A stretch of 64,000 nucleotides of DNA from Octopus sinensis (GCF_006345805.1 NC_042999.1:109306001-109370000); one strand, 5' to 3'. Shown: positions 35,073-47,985, counted from the stretch's first letter. Notes: generated from the sequence alone by a model not told the origin. Translations and numbers: made by a program.

Positions 35073-36480
35073 AGGTTGAAAAGGAACACACGAGTTGATA
35101 TATATGGAAAAAAAGTCAAGATAGAAAATGCTAAAATAATTTTATAAAAAACATTTCAGTACCAGTTTCAGTCATTGAGACTTTTTTAACTGTAAGTATG
35201 GGGGACAATTAAATTTTGGAGAAATTAAAAGAAAAGTTTTTTAAAAGATTATTTGCATAGTGTCCAAATACAAGGGGCATTTTCCTTGTTTCTGCCTGTT
35301 TCTTTCTCATTTATTCTTGTGGGTTCAAGGTCGTTGTGAATTTTTGGTAGGGAAGAAGAAGAATGTGGAAGTGCCATGACAGTAGTATATTGAATGGTCA
35401 ACTGCCCCAAAAGTTACCTGCTGTGGATAGTAGTAGTGATTGAATTCCTGAAACATCTCTCTTGAATATTTTGTTTATAAAATTTGCATAGGTGTTATTC
35501 TAAACAGCAATAGTGGTAAAGTTAGGAAGAAGACAAAGAAGAAGAAGAAAAAGAAAGAGAAGGGAGAATAAGAAGGAATGTAGGTAGTATGAAAGTAGTA
35601 AGGTGTTAAATGGTCAAGTGATCTAAAATTGGCTCACTATGGATAATAGCAGTGATTGGGACTGTTTTTAAATGAATTCTTGGGAATCTATTGAGTGTAT
35701 CATTTTTAATATTTGTGTGTATATTTGTGTTATTCTAAGGCCGTGGTGGATGTGTTGTTTGTTGTATATGTGTTCAAAAGGGGTCTGTATTTTGTAATAA
35801 AGAGAGTCTCTTTACTACTTCGTTAGCTACAGGTTGTATTGTCCCTGAAGTGGTAGAGGGGGAAAATTCTGAAGCTTGGATTTTTGTTATTGGTGCAAAT
35901 GGCTATGTGTTGGCTAAATGCTATTTTTCTGTTTTGGGGAATTTTGATCTGGGATCTGTGCAGAGCCATTCTTTTATGTTGACTGTTTTTTGTTTGACCT
36001 ATGTATTGCTCTTGACATCCAGAGCAGATTAGTGCGTATATCAAGTTCTCCAAAGTACATGTGAAGTTGCTTTTCACTGTGAAATGTCCCTCTTTAAAAG
36101 AGAATTCTGATCCCTCAAATTTATGCATAGCCCACAGTTGGATCTTCCGCATTTTTTTACTGACGGCTTCTGTGTTGTTGTTGAGTGTATTCGAGCTTGT
36201 GTTAGGAGACTTTTCATAGATTTGGGCCATCTCTTACTTTTTATGATGGTGTGTGTTTGGAGGATTAGGTTCATTCTGTGGTCCTTTTTTAGCAGAGGAA
36301 TGTTTTGAAGGATGATATCGAAGGCTTCATTGTTGAGAGGGTTACTTTTAGCTTATATGTCTGTCAAAGTTCTTTCATGACACATTCTGTGATCTCTTCC
36401 ATGTTTTATGAAAGGGAATGATTTAAGGGAGATTTGATTGCTGTTCTGGCAGGTTGATCAATGACAAAGAGACTCTTACT
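35065..36480 (-). mobile_element. Penelope-like element 3' part: CxxC linker, GIY-YIG endonuclease and terminal repeat
   Basis: KPSVKKCGRSNCGLC (36074-36274 frame) and NFTCTLENLIYALICSGCQEQYIGQT...RMALHRSQI (35823-36230 frame); frameshifted; hammerhead-like terminus at 35157-35192. Confidence 0.88.
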
Positions 36481-39400
36481 TTGGCTCTTCAATGTTGCTG
36501 TTTTTGTTTAGCTCATGATAATATTGATTGAAGTACATTTATATTGCTAGCCATTAGCAAATGAACCTTTACATTTTCTATATCAACAGCTGGAAAATAG
36601 AAATAGAAATTATGAAAAAGAAAGGTGATAAATATACAGTATTAAAGATAAGAAGACTAAGTTGAATAAATAAATGATTATGCATTTCCTCACTTAAGGG
36701 ATTTTAGAATAAATACCAATTAAAGTACCATGGAGGAGTCTATGATGTAAACTAGGGTGAAGTGGAAAGACTGAAACAATAAAAGAGGGAATGAATTAAA
36801 AGATATTACACATGGTAGAAATATTAGAAAAGAGACATTAATGCAATTATATTTTCAAACGTCACCATTTTTGTGTTTGGAACAAAGACTTATAATGTCT
36901 TAAATATCCATTTATTAGGATTGTGGGGCTTCAAAACCTAAGTCCATATACATATTTGTGGGTATCAGAGGACGTTAGTTATCAGACAAGAAAAGATGGA
37001 GCTTTGTTGTGAGTCTCAGATCTTACAGTAGTACTGTTTTTGTGGTCAATGAAAAAACATATTATGTCAGCCCCTTTTTAACTTTATGTTCTTGATGCAG
37101 ATGACTACCCAGGGGAATTTTTTCTAGTGCTGTTATTTTAAATTACTTAAAGAGTGAATCATTTTTCTCAACAATTTCTATATGTTCTCTCACTTAAACA
37201 TCTAGTAGGTGTGACTGAAAATGTTTTACTGAAGAGGTCTAATAATACAGAAATATGTCTGGAGTAGTCATTGTATTTAACAATCAGGCTCACTTCTCAG
37301 TGTGTGTCCCCATTCAATTTTATAATCAATTTGGATTTGAAAGCTACTTTTCTTGCCTTTCTCAACAAGAATTATCATTAAATCTAATGACTTTTCTCTT
37401 CATTATAGGTATATAAAAAAAATATAATTGATTGAAAATTGGGGATAAGGTTGGCTCACTACACTAAGTTAGTTAGTTGCTACTCATTTGATTAATAGCA
37501 CAATGTAATTTAACAAAATCAACGTTTTAAAGTTACCAAGCTCAACGTTTTAAAGTTACCAAACAAAATAACTGTTTATTAAGAATATAGTGTATCATTT
37601 CTTGTTGTTTATATTTCTACACATTTTTCCCACTTCAGTTGTTGTCATTTTGGCCTCAAGTCAAATCTGACTGAGCAGACTCAAGATCGCAACTATTTTA
37701 GTCATGGCCATCTAGTCCTTCTCAAGAACATTGCATGTCTAGAGCAACAATATCCTATGTCTCTCAAATTTCCAAGACAGTTTGGTGTCATTTGAAAGAG
37801 ACTTGTCTGCTATTTTAAGCATATTCAGTGACTACATTGAGGTGTCTTCCATTAGCTCAGTGGTGGTGTTGTTACAATGCCTTTTTTCCAGCGCACAAAT
37901 TTAAAATCTGCCATAATTTTATAATGACCATCTCTTTAGAAAAACATTTTTATAGAAAATAAAATGATTTATCTGAACTGGAGAATACCTAAGACATGAA
38001 TTTATAATGCTATGTTAAGGAATGGAAGAAGAATCTAAGAAAGAAAATAAAACCAAAAGCCACCTTTGAGAGACTGTACTTGGTATTTGATGTATTATCA
38101 GAGAGAAAATATGTGATAAAGTATGTTAACTGAAGTTCGGAGTATTTGCAAATCTTATAAAGATCAGGTTTTTTTTATTAATAGAAAAATTATATTTTCA
38201 TAACAGAGTTGGTATGACACTTGATTCTTGGAAACAGACTATTTTTCAGGAAGTAGTAATCGAAGAAGTTTAGCAAGAGGAGGATACTGATTTTAAGTTA
38301 TTGTGAAGTTAATAGGTTTGTAACACAATAGTAAACTCATTTTGATATATCTGAAAAAAAAAAGAAAAGATGTAGTTTAATATTCTGTTAAAATTAGTTA
38401 TTGACTGACTTGGCAAATCTGGTGTTGAGATTTGAAAGTAAAGATATCTAATAAAAACTAGAATGCTTCCATTTAGAAAGAACTCAACTCCATTAAATTT
38501 CAATGTCTGTTGTATAGGAGATTCTAGATTGGAAGCATGTTAAGGTAAATATGTGTCAATACTTGCATTGAATACCGAAACCTCGGAGCCATATTAAAGA
38601 ATTTTATAGACAGTCGATGATTTGGAGTTGGATTTAAAGAAAAGCATTGTACAAAGAATAAATTAAGAAAAAGAAATACAATAAAAGGTTAAGATTCAAA
38701 AGAAGATAATGATGTGTAGACTGAGAAGATAAATGAATGGAACATTAATGAATGAAAATTTAATCAAGGAAGCATTAAAAACTGTAAACTAGATTATAGG
38801 AAAACTTTTCCTTTATTTGATCTCAATTAAGAAGAAGATTTCTTTTTCAAAATCAGGGCTTCATTAAGAAGAGTATATTAACTAAACATTACATGAAAAA
38901 CGAAGACATCAAAAAGGGAATCAATTGATTAAAGTAACACTGCTACATAAAAAGTTGTAAATTGGGTTTAAAAAAAAACATCAAGATACTTGGATACAGT
39001 AAAAACAAAGCAATTATACAGAAAAATTCAAGACACTTAGTAGTAAAGAATTCTTAGATTAATGCTTATAATTATTACTAAATAAAACCTTTCACATGAA
39101 TATTTTTAACTATGTATTTTTTATCTGTCTTTCTGTACTGACATAAATTGGTCGCTTCTGAAAATTTATATTTTTGTATGAGTTCTAGGAGCAGATATGC
39201 TTTTTCTTTTCTAGATGGCTTTGCTGTGAATGAAAATAATAACCATCTTGCTATAAAATAGTATGGAAGTTACTAACCTCATGAAATATTTTCTATGTGG
39301 TAATTTGAAATGTTAGAAAGAGCAGCCAAAACTTCCCTTAATTATACACTACTGTCTTTTAAAAATGCATCACATTAGATAATATAGTCTGGGGTACACA

Positions 39401-39719
39401 ATGTTTGAACAAGAAAGATGGGATGGTCATAATTAGGATACCTTTGGTCTTATATGTACTCAATCAAAGCTGATCTTGAACAATTGTACTGATGAGTCTC
39501 TGTACTAGAAATAACAACGAAATCTTCCCATCACAACCTGCCATCTTTAAAAAGAGGCACACTTTTGGACTATATACTCACAGTTATGTAAAAACAAGAT
39601 GTTTATAACTGGAATGTCTTTGATCATTGGTCTATCAGTTGTAACCTGGGGTTAAACAATAACATCAACAACAATAAAAGAAATTAAATTACCATTCGGA
39701 AGTCTTCTTTTCAGGTACA

Positions 39720-42700
39720 TGACACTTCTGTCCCCAATCCCAGGGTCCCACAGGCCCACACCTCTCACACCCTCAGAGTTGGCACACTCAATGTTGGCAC
39801 ATTGAAAGGTAGGTCTGGTGAGATTGTCGAGCTGCTTGAACGGAGACGTGTGGATTTGTGCTGCATCCAAGAAGTAAGGTGGAGAGGAGGTTCTGCTAGG
39901 TTCCTCACAGGCAAGGAATACAGGTACAAGATTTTCTGGGCAGGGAACACTGACAGCATCGGGGGCATGGGTATACTTCTTGCAGAGAAATTGGTTGATA
40001 AGGTAGTCGAGGTAGTCAGAGTATGTGACAGAATACTTAAGATTAGACTAGTGCTTTATTGTAGGTCAGCAACCATTATCGTGTCATATGCCTCTCACCC
40101 GAGGCTATCAGAAGGACAGAAAGACCGATTCTATGACACCCTATTACAGACTACCTCGTTGACAAATGACAGTGACCTTCTCTTTGTGGCAGGTGACTTC
40201 AATGGACATGTTGGACGGCATGTCGGGGGCTTCCATGGCATACACGGGGGCTACGGTTTTGGTTCTTGCAATGAGAAGAGAACCAGGCTGCTGGAGTTCT
40301 GCGATGCAAATGACCTTATGATTTGCAATACCAGCTTCAGGAAACCCACCTCTCACCTAGTCACCTACCGCTCTGGCAGAAACACTAGCCAGATTGACTA
40401 CATCCTCGCCAGAAAGAGGGAAAGAGGGCTACTTAGAAATGCCAAAACCTTCCCAGGCAAGGAATGTACTCCTCAACATATATTAGTAGTTAGCGACTTC
40501 AGGATCAGGGCCAAATGGCTGCCCAGAAGAAGACCAGCTCGGAGGAGAAGAGTCTGGAAACTTAAAGATCCTGTAAATGGACAGAGATTTAGAGAAGTTC
40601 TACTCGACGAAATAGAAGGGGATATAGCATCACATAATGTGGAAGCCAACTGGATGTTTCTACGGGACAATCTGCTGAGAGCCACTGACCATCTCATCCC
40701 AGGGTAACGTGGTGGTGGAACAATGTTGTAGACAGGGCTATTAGAGACAAGAGACAGGCTTGGAAGGACTGGAGGAAAGGCGGTAGTAGGGAATTGTATC
40801 AGACTGCGAAAAGAGAAGCTAGGAGACAGGTATATTTAGCTAGAGGGGAAGCAGATAAGAAAAAATTTGCCAATGTTCTGCGCCGTGAGGACCAAAGACT
40901 TGAGGTGTTTCATGTTGCAAGACAGTGTGTGAGAGAGAATTGTGATGTGGTAGGAGAGAAATGTGTTCGCATGGATGATGGTTCACTTGTGCTAAATGAG
41001 GATGCAAAGAGAGAGGTTTGGAGATGCCACTATGAAGGGTTGCTCAACAAAGAGAATGAATGGGATAAAGAGAGTCTGCCGAATGTCAACCCAATAGAGG
41101 GACCAGCTATCCGAGTTGACAGTTCCATGGTAGTTAAGGCAATTGGAAGCATGAAGACAGGGAAAGCCCCAGGCCCATCAGGAATTATTGCTGAGATGCT
41201 CAAAATATCTGGCAGTGTCAGCTATAGCCTAGTTACCCGTATAGTTATACCCAATGACTGGTGTAGTAGCATAATAGTCAACTGCTACAAAGGTAAAGGT
41301 GACGCCCTAGATACAAGTAATTACAGAGGTATTAAGCTGTTGGATCAGGTAATGAAGGTTACGGAAAGGGTCATAGCCCAACTGATTAGAGAGAGAGTCA
41401 ACCTAGACGAGATGCAGTTTGGTTTCGTGCCAGGGAAAAGCACCACTGATACCATATTTCTGGTGAGACAACTGCAGGAGAAATACCTAGCCAAAGATAA
41501 AACTCTGTACCTGGCTTTCGTTGACTTGGAGAAAGCCTTTGACAGGGTCCCCCGATCCCTTATCTGGTGGTCAATGAGGAAACTAGGGATAGATGAATGG
41601 TTAGTGAGAGCTGTGCGTGCCATGTACGGGGATGCTGTTAGTAAGGTGAGGGTTGGCAATGGGTACAGTGAAGAATTCTGGGTGGAGGTTGGGGTCCACC
41701 AAGGCTCAGTCCTCAGACCCCTCCTATTTATCATAGTCTTTCAGGCAATAACGGAGGAATTCAAGACAGGATGCCCCTGGGAGCTCCTCTATGCTGACGA
41801 CCTTGCTCTAATTGCTGAATCACTATCAGAACTCGAGGAGAAGTTTCAGGCATGGAAGCAAGGATTAGAATCGAAGGGCCCTTAGTGTCAATCTAGCTAA
41901 AACCAAAGTCCTAATAAGTAGGAAGGTAGACAAATCTCAAACGCCTTCAGGTAGATGGCCCTGCTCAATCTGTAGAAAAGGCATAGGTAGGAACTCTATA
42001 AGATGCACCAAGTGTAAGCTATGGACACATAAGAGGTGCAGCAATGTCAAAGGAAGGCTAACTAGGAAGATAGGTTTTGTATGTGGCAGATGCTCTGGTT
42101 CAATAAAGACTGAAAATGCGCAGAGACCATCTTCCGCCACATCCCAGGGAGAAAAACTTGAAATAGTTGATAGTTTCCGTTACCTAGGTGACCAAGTCAG
42201 TAGCGGGGGTGGGTGTGCCGAAAGTGTAACTGCTAGAGTAAGAATAGCCTGGGCAAAGTTCAGGGAGCTCTTACCTCTGCTGGTGACAAAAGGCCTCTCG
42301 CTCAGAGTAAAAGGCAGACTGTATGACGCATTTGTGTGAACAGCCATGCTACATGGCAGTGAAACATGGGCTGTGACTGCTGAGGATATGCGTAAGCTTG
42401 CAAGAAATGAAGCCAGTATGCTCCGTTGGATGTGTAATGTCAGTGTTCATACCTGACAGAGTGTAAGTGCCTTGAGAGAAAAGTTGGACCTAAGAAGCAT
42501 CAGATGTGGTGTGCAAGAGAGGTGTCTATGCTGGTATGGACACGTAGTAAGAATGGATGAAGTTAGTTGTGTGAAAAAGTGCCACACCCTAGCGGTTGAG
42601 GGAACCTGTGGAAGAGGTAGACTCAGGAAAACCTGGGACGAGGTGGTGAAGAACGACCTTCGCGTTTTAGGTCTCACCGAGGAAATGACCAGAGACCGAG

Positions 42701-43281
42701 ACCTTTGGAAGTATGCTGTACGCGAGAAGACCCGGCAGGATACATGAGATCATAACCCATGGCCCCTACCTTGGACGTAGTCAGTCCACCTGTGCATACC
42801 TTCCTTCTTGGGACACATAACTCTACTTGTGAAGACCTGTTGAGGCAAGTGAAAATCAAATCAAATCAAAATCGATGAACATCAATGGAATTTGTAGTTT
42901 TGTGGTACCAGTGCTGGTGGCACATAAGAAAACCATCCGAACGTGGCCGTAGCCAGTACCGCATCGACTGGCCTCCGTGCTGGTGGCACGTAACAAACAC
43001 CATCCGATCGTGGCCGTGCCAGCCTCGCCTGGCCTCCGTGGCACGTACAAAACACCATCCGAGCGTAGCCGTTCGCCAGCCTCGTCTGGCACCTGTGTCA
43101 GTGGCACATAAAAAGCACCCACTACACTCACGGAGTGGTTGGCGGTAGGAAGGGCATCCAGCTGTAGAAACACTGCCAGATCTGACTGGCCTGGTGCAGC
43201 CTTTGGGCTTCCCAGACCCCAGTTGAACCGTCCAACCCATGCTAGCATGGAAAGCGGACGTTAAACGATGATGATGATGAT
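39720..43281 (+). mobile_element. Near-full-length RTE LINE (APE endonuclease + RT + 3' UTR + (GAT)n), disabled
   Basis: TLRVGTLNV...CIQEVRW...GDFNGHVG...SQIDYIL (39770-40707); RT ...QFGF...DLEKAFD...QGSVL...YADD (40794-41885), continuing in another frame to 42747. Lesions: deletion/frameshift near 40697, +1 frameshift near 41880, stops at 42337 and 42454. Confidence 0.97.
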
Positions 43282-43371
43282 TCTTTCATTTCACTTGTTT
43301 AACAATTCATTATGTCTCCCTAAATTACCATTGTCTGAGTATCTCTTCTTGCATCAATGAATTTCTTAGAG

Positions 43372-43810
43372 CAGCAAGCTGGCAGAATCCTTAGAATGTC
43401 AAGCAAAATGTTAAACAACATTTCTTCTGTCTTTATGTTCTGAGGTTGACTTTGCCCTTCATCTTTTCAGGGTCAGTAAAATAAATATCAATTGTGTCCT
43501 GAGGCTGATGTAATTGACTTACCCACTTCTCCAGAATTGCTGGCCTTGTGCCAAGATTTGAAATCAGTATTTCTCAAGGTTAAGGCAGTGAGTTTGCAGA
43601 ATCATTACCATTTCAGACAAGATGCTTAGCAACATTTCTTCCAGCTCTTTATGCTTTGATATCAAATTTTACTGAGGTTGACTTTGTTGTTCATCCTTTC
43701 AGGGTCGATAAAATAAAGTACCAGTCAAGTACTGGAGTCGATATAACTGACTTATCTCATCCCTAAAATTGCTTGCATAGTGCCAAAATTTGAAACCAAT
43801 ATTTCTCAAG
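43372..43810 (+). mobile_element. Head-to-tail dimer of SINE family B
   Basis: Two units, each ending GTGCCAA(G/A)ATTTGAAA(T/C)CA(G/A)TATTTCTCAAG. Confidence 0.75.
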
Positions 43811-45901
43811 ATTCATAGCTGTAGTCTAGTTTTAATTTGTCTGCCTCTCTTAATGGATTTTTACATTTTATGATTCAAGTCTTTCACATCCTGGTTGTAT
43901 TTAGCAGTAGTTCACTTGAAACTATTTCAGTTTTCACATGTAATAATCTTTGCTCAATTTTACATTTTTTGAAGCACTCATCAAGATTAGTAGTACTATC
44001 TACTCAATTTGTTTTCTTCAGAGAGAAATGCTTTTACAACCTTCAATTAGTTTCCATTTATTGTCACTTATCCATTCTTTTGTTGATTACAGTGTGTTTA
44101 ATACAGCATTTAATGCTTGATAAAAATTTCATCTTCAATCAAAACAATTTATCAATAATACCTAGCAATCAATACCTTGTAATCTATCTGTAGAAGATTC
44201 TAGTTTGATTGTAATGCTTGATAAATAACTTTCTTATCTTTTGTGCTTCATCATAAATTTTGATTTAGTTACTAATCCTAATGATAATTTACTAGATATT
44301 TGTTGATTTTAATTAATCTTTTTTTTCTTTTATTCCATAAAAAACTAGGTACCATCTTAATTTTAATGCTTCTTTAACACCCACAACAAAAACATCTTTC
44401 TGGAATTTAAGTAGTCATTTTTTTATTATGAAGATGATGTAAAACATCCAAAAGGAAGATGTTTAATTCAGTCACCATGGTAATATGTAATTATGGATAA
44501 AAATTACTCAACCTCTTCCTTCTTTCGTTCCTCTCCCCATTTCCTTCTCATTTCTCAGAAAGATTGTTTATACAAGGTTCCTATCACTAATTTCAATTCA
44601 TATGTCTGAATAATTTTTGAAAATTTATAACAAAGATGTATTTTAAAGAACATAGCATGATATAATCAAATGTGTTTTAATTCAAAGATAGAAATATTTT
44701 AGACTATAATTTGAAATTGGATTCTTATGAATATTAAAATCTTGTATGTTTCTAGTTGCATGAAATAGATGGTTGATTGAACATACAAGGCTGTAATTTC
44801 AAGATTTCACATAAATCTAAATAAGAGCAACAGTAAAAAAATTAACCCTTTTCATCTCTTAAACTTGTAGCTTTAATACTTGATTTGAAGGCTTTTCCTA
44901 ACATCTGTATCTAAAATCTGGTTTATGATATATTTGATTATTCTGTATGTTGTGCAACATCCTAAGGCATTTATAAATTTTGCAATTCTGCAAAATCTAT
45001 CTTAAATTTTTAAGTGATGTTTCTTACTTTAATATTATCTTAAGTTTATATTTATAATTGACAATATATATTTCAGCTGCCTTTCGGGTAAAATAATGAT
45101 ATGAATATAATATATAAAAAACATCCATGTATAACATGAATGAAATAAAAAGTATGAATATATTCTAAGTTATAGATGAAATGCACATAAATATAAATAT
45201 ATATTTCATTATTTTACAAGGTTGAAACATTGACATTATAATTTTTAGACGTTTAAAAATAATGTTGGAAGATTAAACTTGTTTCTATTGATGTTGCTTT
45301 TTTTATGAAGCTTGTCACTTCTCTTATTTGCTTTATATTTTCCCTTCCATTGTCATCAGGGTTGATCCATTGTCAAGTTAAAGGATTTTGTCATTGTATC
45401 AATATTATTACTGGCAGTCTCTCAACGTTGAATATGATTATCCATCAGATTTAAATTTTATAGCCTTGTATGTCAATATGTAGGCTAATATAGGCTCCAA
45501 GAATCTGTTCACAGACTAGACATTCATTGTCTTTGGTTGTTTTGCACCGCATTCAATGATCTGCTTATTTTTGTGCTATTTCATTCATGTTGTGTCAAAG
45601 TGTTTGGCTTCATCTCCACTTGCATAACTCATAAATGGTTCCCACATAGATAGGCAAGACAGCTTGCTCCAATTTTCATTCATGAGGAACAGACATCGAT
45701 GTTTTGTTATTTGGGGTGATCTGTCTTGTCTGTCAATGACTTTCAGGTATTTTAACATCCAACACTTTGAGGGAATCATCTCCACTGAAGTAAATTGCAG
45801 CCTACTGGTGAACAAGGAAAGCACAAACATTGAGTATGGTTGATAATGTTCATAACACTAGTACTGCTTCTAATTCATATTTCAACGTGTGTGTGTGTGT
45901 G

Positions 45902-45939
<38 letters not shown>

Positions 45940-45942
<3 letters not shown>

Positions 45943-46151
45943 AAAATATTCTATGATTATATACATAATTATAATCAGGTGTCAGCTAAGTGCCTCGCCA
46001 CATACTGGATTAGAAATAGACCTTAATGTCTTTTCAACTACCATAAAATTCTCTGAGACAATAGCACTCTTTTTTTCCTAATTCAGTACGTGGTGAGGCA
46101 CTTAGTTGACCCCTGATTATAATTATGTATGTAATAATAGAATATTTTGTA
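45940..46151. mobile_element. Foldback MITE, about 75-bp TIRs, at the edge of a (TA)n tract
   Basis: ATACATAATTATAATCAGGTGTCAGCTAAGTGCCTCGCCACATACTG is inverted against CAGTACGTGGTGAGGCACTTAGTTGACCCCTGATTATAATTATGTAT. Confidence 0.8.
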
Positions 46152-46654
46152 TAATTCACCTAAAAAGGTTTTTTTTAACATACTGATTACTTGGTAAAAT
46201 TATTAATTAATTAATTTTACCCTATATATATATATATATGTAAATATACAGCCTATGGAAAAGTTACAATGTCACCTATAACTTGAATATGTTCCACAGC
46301 TGTATAGGAGAGTGAATACTGCAACTGTGTTTTAAGCTTGTTTCAGTAAGATCATAATTTTCATTTAATCATCTCTTCAGATGAGCAAAGTTTGCATTGG
46401 CATATTTTATTTGGTGTTGGATCTTCTCATCAGTACTCAAATTCTGTGACACTCAGAACTGGAAGTACACTACATTTGTATAGCTAGATTAGGTTTCTGT
46501 TTGTTGGGGCTTGTTCATGCATGATCATTGATTTATGTTGACAGTTAAACCCATGTTTTCCTATGCATTAATAAGAAAAATTTAAAGCAGTGATATCTCC
46601 AACAATTATTGGTTCCTCTCAGGATGCATTTTAGGTGTATATCCTTATGACTGA

Positions 46655-47480
46655 GTCTCTCTAAAATGATGTAGTTGATCATATGCTGGTGCATTGGTTA
46701 TAAATGTGACCAGAAATTATTAAGCCTGTTCCTCACAGTTAAGAGCAAAATGTCATCTGAGTTAGTCTTTCTGATCCCTGCTTATCCAGTTGCTCTATCT
46801 TGGAGGCTTGAATATTTGTCAACTCACACATTGAAGTTGCCCAACAATGACATTGTCATGCATTTATATTCTGGATAGGATGGAGTATAAATCACTGTAA
46901 AATCCTTCTTTAACTTCATCAAGTGTGAGGATACACATACTGTTGGTTATCATATATCTGTTAGAGCTATAAAGCTTTAAGCAAAGAACTGTCAATCTTC
47001 CACTGATGCCAGTATGCAGTTCAAGCAGCAGGTGACAAAACCTACTCTATATAAGTACCACTCTTCTGATGGGTATTCCCTTCCAAAAGGCAGTATATCC
47101 ATCACCATGTCCTTTCAGAACTCCTTCATTGGTTAGTCTTGCTTCATTATCAGCCACGTTATTGATATTAAAGCACACTAATACTCAAAAGATGTCTATT
47201 GTTCTGGTTGTTCAGTTTATCAGTAAAAGTCTGAATATTCTGAAGTCCAAGTTATATTTTGTATTGTTTATTTTGCCAGCAAAATATGTAACTCCTTTAG
47301 ATGCAACGAGGAAAATTGAAACATGTTTCGTATGGGGCATCTTTTCTAGTTTCTTCCCAATGCGGTGCAAACAGAGTAGATTGCAGGAAGGGCTGCTCCT
47401 GGAAAAAAAAAACGTTTCTATCACAGAGCTGACACTTCTGTGCTACTTCATAACTAGAAGTTCTCAGTTGTGTCCCAATA
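46655..47480 (-). mobile_element. Old RTE (BovB-like) 5' UTR plus APE endonuclease remnant
   Basis: Minus strand reads EARLTNEGVLKGHGDGYTAFWKGIP, SLLGNFNV*VD and HMINYII, decayed versions of SETRL..EG...GYTFFWKG, LLGDFNARVG and HLIDYVI. Confidence 0.7.
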
Positions 47481-47600
47481 TTGCACCCATTTCCATTGGA
47501 TGATTGCTGGAGGACGTGACTTTGGTGGATAGAAGAAATCTAGTGGAAGCCTGTATATGAATTTGTTTAATGTGGAGAAGCTGTTGTATATCAGTTTCTA

Positions 47601-47985
47601 CATCATCATCATTTAACGTCTGCTTTCCATGCTAGCATGGGTTGGACGATTTGACTGAGGACTGGCAAACCAGATGGCTGCACCAGACTCCAATCTGATC
47701 TGGCAGAGTTTCTACAGCTGGATGCCCTTCCTAACCCCAACCACTCCGAGAGTGTAGTGGGTACTTTTACATGCCACTGGCATGAGGGCCAGTCTGGTGG
47801 TACTGGCAACGGCCATGCTCAAATGGTGTATTTTACAGTCAACCTTCACAGGAGTCAGTCCAGTTGCACTGGCAACGATCATGCTCAAATGGTGTTTTTT
47901 ACATTCCACCGGCACTGAAGCCAGACCTGCTCTGGCAGTGATCCCACTCAGATGGAGCTGTTAGTGCTCCACTGGCGCCAGACAT
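47601..47985 (-). mobile_element. RTE LINE 3' terminal fragment
   Basis: Same tail and hairpin units as the long RTE. Confidence 0.9.

Noticed and set aside
37519-37562. 23-bp direct tandem duplication (a similar 40-bp one at 33040-33110)
   Set aside because: Ordinary slippage duplications with no further structure.
38300-38850. Possible ancient CR1/L2 endonuclease remnant (+)
   Set aside because: Only faint motif resemblance across many stops.
42911-43120. CRISPR-like repeat/spacer appearance of the RTE 3' UTR units
   Set aside because: The spacers are homologous to each other, there are no cas genes, and the array sits inside a eukaryotic LINE.
45400-45830. Possible piggyBac C-terminal cysteine-rich remnant (minus strand, RCKTTKDNECLVCEQ)
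   Set aside because: Too degenerate to support without a profile search.
47069-47503. 144-aa plus-strand ORF
   Set aside because: Antisense to the decayed BovB-like RTE 5' region; no recognisable domain.
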